Origin: Candidatus Marinacidobacterales bacterium
GTDB lineage: Bacteria > Acidobacteriota > Vicinamibacteria > Marinacidobacterales > SMYC01
DNA: 64,000 nucleotides
NCBI GenBank assembly: GCA_965224085.1
Contig: CBDCYI010000009.1
Coordinates: 64,001 to 128,000, forward strand
Direction of reading: 5' to 3'
Positions within the stretch are counted from its first letter, which is position 1. Every line of letters starts with the position of its first letter. Shown here piece by piece: positions 31,936-42,754 of the stretch. A program made the translations under genes and the position numbers. The notes under the pieces were generated by a model that saw only the letters and a program-made list of their open reading frames with translations, made no database searches and was not told the origin of the DNA.

Positions 31936-32324
31936 CGGACCCGACGCTGGCGAGAATCGGATTCGCAGCGCCGTTGACGGGCGACCAGGCGATCGTGGGC
32001 GTGCCCATGCGCCAATGCGCCGAGCTCGCCGTCGAGGAGATCAACGCGCGGGGGTCGGCTCCCTTCCGATGGAAGCTGGTGGCGGAAGACGACCGGGCCG
32101 ATCCCAAGGTCGCCGTCGACGTCGCGCGCCGCTTCGTCGACGACCCCGCCGTCATCGGTGTGGTTGGACACAAGAACAGCGGTCCTTCGGAGGCGGCAGC
32201 GCCCATCTACGCCGAGGCCGGTCTCACCCAAATGACGCCTTCGTCGACCAATCCCGCTTTGAGCCGAAAGGGTTATCGCACCTTCTTCCGCCTCTGCGCA
32301 CACGATACCCGGCAGGGCGAGGAG
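31195..32324 (+). repeat. 1.13 kb near-identical direct repeat of 56216-57345
   Basis: Offset 25021 bp; about 3 synonymous differences seen. Confidence 0.95.
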
Positions 32325-32669
32325 AGAAGCGTCGTCGTGGGCCGCGGCGCTCACTATGTGGTGGCCCCCGATGAGGCGCTTCGAGTTCGAGTCGTGTGTT
32401 CGCTTGAAGAGCGTGTCCGCCGGTACAGCGAGCACGAGGGAACGAGTCTCGATGCCGCCCGCAAGATTTTGGATCGTGAGGACGCTGCGCGTGCCCGCTT
32501 CCTGCGCCACAACTACGGGAGCGATGGGACGAACCCGGCCGACTACGACTTGATCGTCAATACGGGACCGATACCGCTCGAGCGGGCTGCCGCGCCGATC
32601 CTCGCCGCCTACGAAGCGAAGTTTGCTCGCAGACCCGGGGAGGCGGAAACAGAACCCCTCAGATCTTGA
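31932..32669 (+). pseudogene. Chimeric ORF: LivK-like N-terminus fused in frame to a cytidylate-kinase-like C-terminus
   Basis: Identity with copy 2 ends at DTRQGEE, followed by VVVGRGAH..ERVRR..YDLIVNT. Confidence 0.75.
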
Positions 32670-32699
32670 TCGCCAGGTCGGCGCCGTCGCGGGAGGAGA

Positions 32700-32905
32700 A
32701 ACCTCGTAGGTGACTGCCATGGAGCAGACGCGTGTCGCTTCCACTTAGCTCTTGATCGCCAGAACGTCTTCGATCGCCGCGCGGTCCACTCGACCCTCAT
32801 TTCGAAGGATCTGCCGTTTGGCCACCTCGTGTGAGACAACATCACCTGAGTCAGCGGCCTCCAGAGCGCGATCGATCTTCTTCTTAACGTAACGTCCAAG
32901 ATCGA
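32700..32905 (-). pseudogene. Degraded antitoxin plus RelE/ParE-like toxin fragments
   Basis: YVKKKIDRALEAADSGDVVSHE, then MRVEWT / AAIEDVLAI with frameshift and stop. Confidence 0.5.
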
Positions 32906-33048
32906 AAGCGTGAAAGGGTGGAGCAGCTGGTTCTGGAGAAGAGCTTGCTTCCGTCGAGAGCCGAGCACACGTCGTACTTCTGACATGTATTGAACTGTCA
33001 AGTCCCGGCACGATCTTTTTTATAGCATCCGATCTCCCACGCTCATCT

Positions 33049-33225
33049 GGTCAGGGCACGAGCAGCATGAAGCGACGGTGAATCAACCTGATATACGCGT
33101 GTTGGTTAACGCCTGATATGTATTCGTCGCGGAGCTGCCTCTGTCTACTGGCGAGTGTTCTCCCGATAGGGGAGTCTCTTAGCACATTACGAGGATTCTC
33201 CAACCGGGCTCCTCGTGCCCTGGCC
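33049..33225 (-). ncRNA. Putative right-end bridge/seek RNA
   Basis: Closing stem GGCCAGGGCACGAG...CTCGTGCCCTGACC; internal matches to the element end (11/12) and flank (8/8). Confidence 0.7.
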
Positions 33226-33324
33226 ACATCGTTGCGATGCCGACCTGTTCTGCCTGTTGCGCGGTATCGTGTGTCGTGGTGATCCACCTCCTGAGTCCGG
33301 AACCTCCGGCGGATGCCGCCGGGA

Positions 33325-33667
33325 ACTCACCAGAGCGAAACAGCGACGCTAACTTCAACCCATCGCGACGATCCGTCTTCACTCGCTCGCCAGGTTTCTT
33401 CGGAATCAACGACGGCGCCACCACTACACAATCGTGACCCGTCTCTTTAATCCAACGGTAAACTTCGTATCCACACGGTCCCGCCTCGTAACAGAATCCA
33501 AGCACTTCGCCCTCTCGCGAGAGGCGATGGACCAGATTCTGAATTGACTTCTTCGTGTTGGCGATCACACCCAGCGATTCGGGCTTGGACCGACCCGGGT
33601 TCGCCAACGCTGGCGAGATCGTCTCCTTGTGTACGTCCAGTCCCACGTATCCGCTATACTCTTCCAC
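33325..33667 (-). pseudogene. IS110 transposase N-terminal DEDD domain only
   Basis: YVGLDVHK, CYEAGPCG, KTDRRDG; homology stops at FRSGE. Confidence 0.9.
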
Positions 33668-33799
33668 GACCTGTCCTCCTTGATTATGGCTCTGAGCCTT
33701 CTTGCTAGATCCTCGAAAGCTTAACCCACGCCCTCAAGGTCAGGGCAGGTTCAATACATACTATCTACTGGGCTCGGCTAGAGCTAGAATGCCGACACT

Positions 33800-35164
33800 A
33801 TGGAATACCGGACGGTGAATCCGACGACAGGAGAGCTCATCGAGAGATTCCCGAATGCCGCCGATGCAGATGCCGCCAGGGCACTCGATGCCGCCACGGC
33901 TGGTTTCGCCACCTGGTCGAAGAGCCCCTTTGCCGAGCGTCGGGAGCTCCTACGGTCGCTCGCACAACGGCTCGAGGGGAGAGCCACGCCCTTTGCGGAG
34001 ACCATGGCACTCGAGATGGGTAAGCCGCTTGCGGAAGGCGAGGCCGAGGCGAAGAAGTGCGCCTGGGTCTGTCGCTACTACGCCGAGGAGGGCGAGCGGG
34101 CGCTCGCGCCGGACTCCCACGAGTCCGACGGGTCCGAAGCCTATGTGCGTTACGACGCGCTGGGGCCCATTCTCGCGATCATGCCCTGGAATTTTCCCTT
34201 CTGGCAGGTCTTCCGCTTCATGGCGCCAGCGATGGCCGCCGGCAACGTCACGATCCTGAAGCACGCGCCCGGTGTCCCGCGTTGCGCGCTCGCGATCTCC
34301 GATCTGATGAAGGAAGCGGGCACGCCGGAGGGCGTCTTTCAGAATCTCTTTCTTGGAAACGACCAGGCGGCGCGCGTGATACGGGACCCAAGAATCCAGG
34401 GGGTGACGCTCACGGGAAGCTCCCGAGCGGGAAAGCAGGTCGGCGCGGTGGCTGGCGGAAACCTCAAGACGATGGTGATGGAGCTCGGCGGCAGCGACCC
34501 GTTCGTCGTTTTCGCGGATGCCGATCTCGACGAAGCGGCCGAAGTCGGTGCGCTGGCTCGCTGCATCAACTCCGGTCAGAGCTGCGTGTCGGCGAAACGT
34601 TTCCTCGTGGAGCGTTCCGCTTTCGACGATTTCGAGAAGCGCTTCATCGAACGGCTTTCGACACGGAAGGTGGGCGATCCGACAGACCGCTCGGTCCAGA
34701 TCGGGCCGCTGGCGCGGAAGGACTTGAAAGACAACCTGGTCCGTCAGGTTTCAGAGAGCGTCGCCGCGGGCGCCGAGGTGGTGTTTCGCGGTGAGGCCCC
34801 CGACGGCCCGGGCTTCTTCTATCCGGTGTCGGCCATCACGAAAGTGACCGAGGAGATGCCCGCCTATAGCGAAGAGCTCTTCGGACCGGCCGCGGTGCTC
34901 CTGCCGTTCGACGACGAGGATCGCGCGGTCTCGGTGGCCAACGACACCTCGTACGGGCTCGGCGCCAGCCTGTGGACGAGCGACCGCTCCCGCGCCGAGC
35001 GGCTAATCCCGCGCATCGAGGCGGGCGCGGTCTTCATCAACGGTCTCGTGAAATCGGATCCAAGGATCCCTTTCGGGGGAATCAAGGAATCCGGTTTCGG
35101 GCGCGAGCTCGCCTACGAAGGCCTGCGGGAGTTCGTGAACCGCAAGACGGTCTGGATCAAGTGA
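33800..35164 (+). CDS. NAD(P)-dependent succinate-semialdehyde dehydrogenase
   Basis: IMPWNFPFWQ, LTGS, ELGGSDP, GQSCV, PFGGIKESGFGREL. Confidence 0.9.
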   Translation: MEYRTVNPTTGELIERFPNAADADAARALDAATAGFATWSKSPFAERRELLRSLAQRLEGRATPFAETMALEMGKPLAEGEAEAKKCAWVCRYYAEEGERALAPDSHESDGSEAYVRYDALGPILAIMPWNFPFWQVFRFMAPAMAAGNVTILKHAPGVPRCALAISDLMKEAGTPEGVFQNLFLGNDQAARVIRDPRIQGVTLTGSSRAGKQVGAVAGGNLKTMVMELGGSDPFVVFADADLDEAAEVGALARCINSGQSCVSAKRFLVERSAFDDFEKRFIERLSTRKVGDPTDRSVQIGPLARKDLKDNLVRQVSESVAAGAEVVFRGEAPDGPGFFYPVSAITKVTEEMPAYSEELFGPAAVLLPFDDEDRAVSVANDTSYGLGASLWTSDRSRAERLIPRIEAGAVFINGLVKSDPRIPFGGIKESGFGRELAYEGLREFVNRKTVWIK

Positions 35165-35200
35165 ACCGCCGACGCCGCGTCGCGTTCGTCTTGCGTCGTC

Positions 35201-35430
35201 TCACCCGTGTGGACCCAGATAGATACCCTGCGGGTCGAGCTCGTCCCGAAGAAGCTCCAGAACATCTTTGCCGGGACGCGCGGTGATCGAGAGGGGTTCT
35301 TTGATTTTCAATGGCCAGCCTACCTCGGACCGGACCTCATCGACACTCACCCCAGGATGGAGCTTCTCCAGCACCATTTCCCGCGACTCGGGATCGAAGC
35401 CGTAGACACCCAGGTTGGTGATCACCCTCT
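35201..35430 (-). pseudogene. CoA-transferase beta subunit, C-terminal stub
   Basis: RVITNLGVYGFD..LHPGVSVDEVR..GWPL..ELDPQGIYL. Confidence 0.75.
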
Positions 35431-35803
35431 CGCAGACGCTTTGCCACTTCCAGGTTGTGCTGGTACTTGGGATTGTCTTCCGGCGGTTCTTCCACTGCCA
35501 GGGCGTCCCGAAGGCGTTTTTCGTTGTGAGGGTGAAACTTCTTCGATTCAACGATGTCTTCGAGCGTCTGGTAGGGTGCGTGGGGCCCCAGGCTCTCCAG
35601 GTATCGATTGAAGTCGTACTTCAGGCTGCCCGCTCTTCTCCGGAACGAGTCACGGATCTCTTGCAAGCCCTCGATCCGTACCGGGTCGATGAGGGTGGCG
35701 CCGAGCGATCTCAGCTCGGCCAGGGCCTCTTCCATCACCCGCAGCACTTCGGGATCGGCGTCCCCCGGTGCGAACAACTGGCGGGCCACACCGAGGCGAG
35801 CGT
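35425..35803 (-). pseudogene. Amidase internal fragment
   Basis: ARLGVARQLF..ALAELRSLGATLIDP..KYDFNRYL..TLEDIV. Confidence 0.65.
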
Positions 35804-36006
35804 AGGTTTTTGAAATTGCAGTGTCAAAAACGCCAGGAAAGGTAGCCGAGCGTTGTCGTCTTCGACGTCGCGATTTTGTTCCCTTCTTCGTACAACGTCA
35901 GCCGGCGACGGTCGTGATGGAAGCCTGCGGTAGTGCCCATCATTGGGGGCGCGAAATAACTCAACTTGGTCATAACGTGAGGCTACTACCCACGCTTCAC
36001 ACCAAG

Positions 36007-37373
36007 GGATGTGTCCCGAGGTTCGTGGAAAAAGAACGGCGCCCTCCACTCCGTCATCAGGGTATCAGATCAGGCGGCAACCTCCGCGTGTTTGAGAACC
36101 TCGCTCAGACCTTGGTAGCCGTCGATGCGCCGTAGTTGAATCTGGCCAGAGGCGATAAGCCCAAACAGCAAAGCGACCGCGGACTCCTCGCTGGAGAACG
36201 ACGCTTGGGTTTTCGTCCGACGTCGAAACTCGCGGTTGAGATTCTCCAGAGCATTGGTCGTGCGAATCGATTTCCACATGACACGAGGGAATTCGTAGAA
36301 GGTCAGCAGCTGATTACCGGCCTCCTCTAGGCTTCGGACGACGGCCGGTGTGAGAGGCGTCCACTTGGCGACGAGTTCGCCATAGGCTTTGCGAGCATCG
36401 ATCCCGTTCTTGGCGTAGACGATCCGGTTGTAGTCACGCCGGAGTTCACGGCGTGCGTGCGCCGGGCAATGTTCGAGCAAGTTGGCGCGCTTGTGCTCGG
36501 TACATCGCTGCACCCGGCACCCCGGCCACTTCTCGAGCGCTTTCGTCAGCCCCTTGTGGCCATCGCTAATCACTAGCTTGGGAGCCCGGAGTCCTTGAGC
36601 CTGGAGTCCCTCCAGCATGGAGCCCCAATGCGTCGAGGCTTCGCTCACCGCCAGACGCAATGACAACAGACGTTTCTGCCCGTCTGGCGTGACCCCGAGC
36701 GCGGCCAGTACGGGTACGCTGATCACACGCTTCGCCATCCGCACTTTCAGGTGGAAGCCGTCCAGGTAAACGATCGCATAGACCTCCTCGCTGAGATCAC
36801 GGTTCTGCCATTCTTCGAAGCACTCCTTCAGACGACTAACCACGCGAGACACCGCGCTCTTCGATAGGTGCTCCTCACCGAGCAGCGGTTTCAGCGCTTT
36901 GCGGATCCGGCGGCTATTCGCGCCCGACAAGTACGTCCCCAAGATCGCCTCGTCGACCTCACGAGTCCGGCGTGCATACCGGGGCAACAGCTCGCTCCTG
37001 AACTCTGTCGTTTCTCCCGTTTCCTCGTCTCGCACGCGGGCTCGTGGCACCCGGAGCTCGCGTGTTCCCACCGACGTCGTCACGCGACGGGTTTCGGCTC
37101 CGTTGCGATACCCACGGCGGTCTTCCGCACGCTCGTAGCTACGACACCCCAGCGCTTGGTCGACTTCTTCCTCGAGCACAACCTCGATCGCCTCCAGTAC
37201 CCGCTTACGCAGCCGAAGTTGGACGAACTCCCGGTACTCGCTTACGGACTCCTTCGATATGGTGGTAGGCTTCTTCATGGCGTAATCCTCCTCCTCGCCG
37301 TTACAGGCGTGGTTTGGTTTTTCTTAACCGGAGGTTACGCCATTCTTATTTCCACGGGAATCGGGACAGATCC
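36007..37373 (-). mobile_element. Complete IS256-family element
   Basis: Imperfect TIRs GGATGTGTCCCGA../GGATCTGTCCCGA..; 8 bp TSD ACACCAAG at 35999-36006 and 37374-37381. Confidence 0.93.
36070..37278 (-). CDS. IS256 (Mutator) transposase
   Basis: GYRNG, VYLDG, ISDGHKGL, QRCTEH, TTNALENLNREFRRR. Confidence 0.95.
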   Translation of the reverse strand: MKKPTTISKESVSEYREFVQLRLRKRVLEAIEVVLEEEVDQALGCRSYERAEDRRGYRNGAETRRVTTSVGTRELRVPRARVRDEETGETTEFRSELLPRYARRTREVDEAILGTYLSGANSRRIRKALKPLLGEEHLSKSAVSRVVSRLKECFEEWQNRDLSEEVYAIVYLDGFHLKVRMAKRVISVPVLAALGVTPDGQKRLLSLRLAVSEASTHWGSMLEGLQAQGLRAPKLVISDGHKGLTKALEKWPGCRVQRCTEHKRANLLEHCPAHARRELRRDYNRIVYAKNGIDARKAYGELVAKWTPLTPAVVRSLEEAGNQLLTFYEFPRVMWKSIRTTNALENLNREFRRRTKTQASFSSEESAVALLFGLIASGQIQLRRIDGYQGLSEVLKHAEVAA

Positions 37374-37409
37374 ACACCAAGCCCTACGTCCGATGAAACA
37401 AAACCGCCG

Positions 37410-39218
37410 GGCTCGATCATCGTCGTGGGATGGATCTCGAAAGGATCTGTGGGCTGCTCGAGGCTGCCACGTCGACCGAGGGCGACGAAGCCACCACTTT
37501 GCAGCCGAAACGAGACGCGGACGTTGACGTAACGGCTCACCACCTTGCCCTGCTGGTCCATGAAGTGGTCGAAATCCACGTTGGGGCCGATCTCGCGCGC
37601 ACGATGCCCCGCCACCAGGGCTGACGGTAGCGGTACCGGACGTTGGCCCTCGCCCGCCGAACGCCGAGCCGCGGCGCGAAGCCGACTTCCGGGTTGAAAT
37701 TGTCCTGGAGACTCGAGTACGACGCCGAAAAATTCAGCGACCTCGAGGTGAAGGCGTAGGCGATGCGGCCGGCGAAGTCGTCTCCTTCGAGCCCGGGCGT
37801 TGCTGTTTTGGCAATGTAGGCATTGACGTCCATCGCCGGATTGAGACGGAAGTTGCCATCCACACCGATGCTCCGGTTGTAGTGGGACGAGTCCATCGTG
37901 TCCCGGTTGATGAACATGACGCCGATGTCGGAGTTGGCGAAGACGTTTCGCTTCACCCGCACGACGCTGAAGGCGTCGCCCGTCGAGATGCCCACCTCTC
38001 TTCACCGGTCAACATCCCGAGAAACCCGAACTGGTAGGGTCCCGCACCGCCGGTGAGGCGTCCTCCCGCTCGTACCGGGATGGGCTCACCCTCTTCGGAG
38101 AGGCCGATCCTCCTGCTGAAGAACAGGAGTAAATCGTTGCCCCGGCTCTGACCACCACGCACACCTCCTCCCGCCGCCAGGCCGAAACTGCTCCGAAAAG
38201 CCCTCCGCTGCCGGCTCTCCGGTGGACCGAAACGAAAGATGCCCGAGTTCTCGAGGAAGAAATCTCGTTTCTCGGGAAAGAAGAGGCTGAACCGCGTCAG
38301 GTTCACCTGCTGCACGTCGGCCTCTACCTGGGAGAAATCGGTATTGGGTGTCAGGTCCAGCGTCAGGCCGGCGCCGATGCCGATCTTCGCGTCGAGGTCC
38401 GCATCGAAATCCCCTTCCCGGAGCGCTTGCTCGTTCTCGGTGACGTCGCCGGTTACGTAGGGCATGAGCTTGAAACTCGATCCGGGGCGCACGTCCCGCA
38501 TCTCCTCCAAGGTCCCGGCGAGCGAAACGCGGGTTGCGGTATGGATCCGTGGAATGGGCGACCAGAAGCTGTCCTCGTTCAGTCGCCGGTTCCGGCGCAT
38601 GAAGTTGACGCCCCAGGTTTGAATCGCGGCATCGCTGAACTTGAGGGTCTTGAAGGGGATGGAGATCTCCGCCGTCCAGCCCGTCTCGACGATGCGCGTG
38701 GCGACATGCCACACACCGTCCCAGTTGGAGTTGGACTCCTGCCCCTCGTTGAACGACTGAGTGTCGTATTTGGCCCCCATCGGATTCGTCTGGAACATGT
38801 AGCTGTTGCGACGATCGTGGAACGTGTCCAGGATGATGGCGAAGGAATCGACGGAGCGCGTGTTGTAGTCGCGGGTCAGGTCGCGGATGATGAGCTTGTC
38901 CGGCTCGTCGTCGTAGGCCCGAACGCCGATATACAGGTTCTGGTCGTCGTAGAGAACCCGGACCTCGGTATCGAAAGTGGCAGGCTCCCCCTCCCGGGGC
39001 TCGCTCTGGATGAAGTCCTTGGCCACCGGGGCCTCGCGCCAATCGCCCTCCTCGAGCGCCCCGTCGAGAAGGATGTCTCCGTCCGTGCGCACCGCCATGA
39101 GTCGCCGTTCGAGGCGCGCCGTCTCGTAGTCGATGGGCCCATTTTGATTTTGAGGCTCCGCATGGACGGGCACCGCGAGGGCGAGAACGAGGAGGAGCGG
39201 TTGCGGAAATCTCATCAA
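37410..39218 (-). pseudogene. CBM9/DUF5916 protein, frameshifted and truncated
   Basis: LDTFHDRR, WTAEISIPF, NTDFSQVEAD, FFPEKRDFFLE; frame changes near 37995 and 37600. Confidence 0.85.
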
Positions 39219-39306
39219 TAACCAGGGCGGGGGGCCGCCCTGATTCTATCCGAGACCGCGCTCCGCCCGAAGCGGCAGCACCTAACCTCACTTCCGAGAC
39301 GGGACA

Positions 39307-40212
39307 CTAGCTCCTCGACGGCGCGGAGAAATCGATGGCGTTCAGTGCTTCCTGCATCTTCTGCAGAGTGTCCTCGGGAAGAGGCAGATAGGGCTGGCGC
39401 GTGAAGCCGCCGCGCCTCCCCAGGAGGTTCATACAGGCTTTCACCGTCGGGTAGTTCCCCGCGCCGAATCGGGAGATGATCGCGTAGACGGCGTCGATCA
39501 CCGACTGGTGCTTCAGCCCCTCCGCCCAGCGTCCCGCCGTCGCATGCTCGTAGTAGGCGACCACGTCCGCGCAGCAGACGTTGGCCACCATCGACACGAT
39601 TCCCACCGCGCCCCGGTGGATCATCGTCATCCCGTAGGGCTCCATGCCGGTGAAGACGGCGAGCCGACCCTTGACACGATCCAGCGTCTGCGATTTCTGG
39701 AAGAGATCCTTGGAGCTGTCTTTCAAGGCCACGACCGAATCGAAATCGGCAATCTGGTCCATCAACGTGGCATCGAGGTTGATCTGCGTTCGGTTGGGAT
39801 TGTTGTAAACCATGATCGGCAGGCCCACCTTCGCCACCGACTCGAAGTGTGCGACCACCTCACGAGGAGTCGGAAGCGCGTAGGGCGTCGGGAGCAGCAG
39901 TGCACCGTCACAGCCGATTCTTTTTGCCTCCCGGGTGAGCGCCACTGCCTGGTCGGTTCCAATGGCGGACGTGCCGGCCAGAAGAGGCTTGCCGTCCACT
40001 TGATCTCTTCCGATCTCGAACATTCGAATGCGCTCGCGGTCGGTGAGCGAGAACCACTCGCCGGTGCTGCCGGCCACGATGATGCCGTGCGCCCCTTCCT
40101 CCAGCTGCTGGTCGATGACGCTGCGAAAGGCCCGTTCGTCGATCTCGCCATCCTTCGTGAAGGGCGTTGCGGTCGCAGGGAAAACACCCCTCCAATCCGT
40201 TTCTCCTGCCAT
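39307..40212 (-). CDS. DapA/NAL family aldolase/lyase
   Basis: TPFTKDG, GSTGE, VYNNP, ALKDSS. Confidence 0.9.
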   Translation of the reverse strand: MAGETDWRGVFPATATPFTKDGEIDERAFRSVIDQQLEEGAHGIIVAGSTGEWFSLTDRERIRMFEIGRDQVDGKPLLAGTSAIGTDQAVALTREAKRIGCDGALLLPTPYALPTPREVVAHFESVAKVGLPIMVYNNPNRTQINLDATLMDQIADFDSVVALKDSSKDLFQKSQTLDRVKGRLAVFTGMEPYGMTMIHRGAVGIVSMVANVCCADVVAYYEHATAGRWAEGLKHQSVIDAVYAIISRFGAGNYPTVKACMNLLGRRGGFTRQPYLPLPEDTLQKMQEALNAIDFSAPSRS

Positions 40213-41657
40213 CACGTCCTCCCTTCGGCGCTCGTCCTCGAAGGCTTTTTTGTCACGAGCGAGACGAGGACCACAAGCGCTGCCGATACGCCAACGGCGA
40301 TGAAAATCCGGTGCTCACCGAGAGCCGGGATCTGGGTGAGAGCGCCCCCGGTGAGGAGGCCCACCCGCGCTCCCCACGGCGTCACGTTACTGTTCTGGAC
40401 GCCCATTCGGAAGGCCTCCCCCGAGCGATTCTTCCAGAGCAGCCCCACCAGCAGCAAGGGCACGATGGAGCCGCCGGCAAAGGAGTAGGAAGCGGCGAAC
40501 AGTCCCACGATGGTGTCCGACCACAGAGCGGCCGCCGCGGCGAAGATGCCAATGAGGACCGTCGCCACGATCGAAGCTCGCACGAGCCATCGATCCGAAG
40601 CGTCTTTCTTGAGCGGACGCAGAAGGTCGTTGACGATGAGCGTCGCCGCGGAGTGGAGGTTCGAATCGGCCGAGGACATGCCGGCGGCCAGGATGAGTGC
40701 GAAGATCGTCGCCGCGACGAGCGTCGGGACTCGATGCTGGAGGAACCAGGACACCGCGCCCGCCGGGTCCAGCTCGGGATTCAGAGTGTGGATGACGAGA
40801 CCCACGAGGGTCGTCATCATGACCAGCACCACCGCCATCGTCCCGCTCAGCAAAAGCCCTGTCCTTGCGGTGCTTGCATTCCGGGCGGCGAAGCAGCGTT
40901 GCCAGTAAACCTGTGCAGCGAAGATGCCCAGGGTGGCGGTCAGAAACTGCCCGAGCAGCACGCCGTAGCCAACGGAGGAGAAGCTCCAGAGCTCGGAGGC
41001 TCCCAGCGCTTCGAGCCTGCTGCCAATCGCGGAAAGGCTGAAGCCGACCGGCTCGAACGCGTAGTAGTAGAACACTCCGCCGAAGACGAGAACCAGGATT
41101 CCCTGCAAAAGGTCGGTCCAGACGACCGAATAGATGCCTCCCATCGTCGTGTACAGGATGAAGATGGCTGAGAACGCCAGCACGATTCCAGTCTCGTTGG
41201 CGCCGGTAATGGCGTGGAACAGTGTGCCGAAACCCTTTCCCTGGCCACCGACCCAGGCGATCATGATGCAGGCGGCGATGATCCCCGCGAGCATCCGCGT
41301 CAGCCGATCCCGGAAGAGCAGGTCGTCCATCAGCTCCGGCAGCGTGTGGTAGGTGAGCCTTCCCGCGAGGCCAGCGAACAAGAGGGCGAAGGGGATCTTC
41401 GAGCCTTGCTCTCCCAGCACGAAGGCCAGGTGAGGAAGCCCCACCTCGTAGCCCCTCGAGGCGTGACCTATGAAGTTGGCGACGCCCATGATGGTGGCGA
41501 GGTCGGTGAAGAAGACGAGCGCCAGCGGAAACGTGCCCCCACCAATGACGAAGTGAGCGTAGCTCGCAGTGGCTCGCTTTCTCACCTTCCAGGAAACGGC
41601 GAGGAAGGCAGAGCAGAAGACTCCGGTGAGGATCCAGAGCCACGTTGCCAGGCTCAC
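40212..41657 (-). CDS. Sodium:solute symporter
   Basis: GGIYSVVWTDLLQ, YWQRCFAA, AAGMSSADS; many TM segments. Confidence 0.9.
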   Translation of the reverse strand: MSLATWLWILTGVFCSAFLAVSWKVRKRATASYAHFVIGGGTFPLALVFFTDLATIMGVANFIGHASRGYEVGLPHLAFVLGEQGSKIPFALLFAGLAGRLTYHTLPELMDDLLFRDRLTRMLAGIIAACIMIAWVGGQGKGFGTLFHAITGANETGIVLAFSAIFILYTTMGGIYSVVWTDLLQGILVLVFGGVFYYYAFEPVGFSLSAIGSRLEALGASELWSFSSVGYGVLLGQFLTATLGIFAAQVYWQRCFAARNASTARTGLLLSGTMAVVLVMMTTLVGLVIHTLNPELDPAGAVSWFLQHRVPTLVAATIFALILAAGMSSADSNLHSAATLIVNDLLRPLKKDASDRWLVRASIVATVLIGIFAAAAALWSDTIVGLFAASYSFAGGSIVPLLLVGLLWKNRSGEAFRMGVQNSNVTPWGARVGLLTGGALTQIPALGEHRIFIAVGVSAALVVLVSLVTKKPSRTSAEGRT

Positions 41658-41663
41658 GGCGAC

Positions 41664-42362
41664 TCACAGCTCCCTTGGCTGCACGGAGTCGTAGCGTGTG
41701 GTCGGCGCGGGGACTTCGCGGGAAACGACCACGTCCACCAGGGCCGGCTTCCCCGACGCTTCGGCCCAGCGGAGGGCGGGCTCGAGCTCGTCGGGATCCG
41801 CCACGCGCTCCCCGTGCGCACCGAATGCACGGGCGACTGCGGCGAAGTCGGTGTCGAGAAAGTCACTCGCTTCCGGACAGAGCTCTTTGTGAATGAACTT
41901 CTGAATGTGATACTCTAAGGCGAGCGAGGCGTTGTTCATGACGACGGTGACGACGGGAAGCTTCCACCGGAGCGCCGTCTCCAGGTCGGCGAGGTGATGG
42001 CCGAATCCACCGTCACCGGTCAGACAGAGCACGCGCCGCTTGTCTCCCGCGGCGAGCTTCGCACCCATGGCACCCGGAAAAGCCCAACCGAGGGAGCCGG
42101 CGGCGCGCAGACTGAATCGACCCGCCCGTTTCTGTTCGATCAGAGTGGACGCCCAGCTCGCCATGTAGCCGGTGTCGGCGACTACGACATCGTCCTCGCG
42201 CACGTGATCGTCGAGCGTCTGCATCACGCTGCGGGCCTCCTGACCTGCGGCAAGCGAGGGGCCAGCCATAATTGCCAGTGTGCACGTCAATGTGGCCAGT
42301 CTCCTCGTCCCATGCAAACCTTCAGAGCACATGATTTCCTCCTTGCTGGGAGACACACCCAT
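41664..42362 (-). pseudogene. TPP-enzyme C-terminal domain fused to a foreign signal-peptide N-terminus
   Basis: VADTG, GSLGWAFPGA, GDGG..NN; PYR and middle domains absent. Confidence 0.75.
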
Positions 42363-42754
42363 GGATCATCGCGGCGCCAGCGAACCTCCTCACCGCCACT
42401 CTCTGGTGGAAGTCACACAAGTGATGTTTTGAGGTTGGATGCTGACAACAATGGTGGATTCTCGGGCACGGCGTTCAACCAACTCCGTGTCGATTGTAAT
42501 CCAGATTGTTCTGATTGTGAAACGAAGACGATCTCCTTGATCTCCTTTCGCGTCGGTGAGAGGGTCACACTCTGACCGCTCGCGACGACGTCCCATCCTC
42601 GCTCCGGTCAACCGCCGTGGAGATCGGACACCCGCAACTGAGCTATAGGCGGCGCTCCTCGCCGCATGCAAGGCTTGCGAGCCGAACAACGTCAGCATAA
42701 TCGACGGAGGAAAAGATGATCGCCAGATCTCGGCTTTCAGGATTCGCCATCCTA

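Larger units (their letters stand above)
32979..33766 (-). mobile_element. Internally deleted IS1111-type (IS110 family) element with both ends
   Basis: Perfect 11 bp subterminal IRs (32985-32995, 33749-33759); AGA core at both ends; RuvC-like half only. Confidence 0.85.
35805..37410 (+). pseudogene. Third IS110 transposase fragment, interrupted by IS256
   Basis: VVMEACGSAHHWGRE..VRLLPTLHTK | PYVR*NKT continues after the IS256. Confidence 0.75.
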
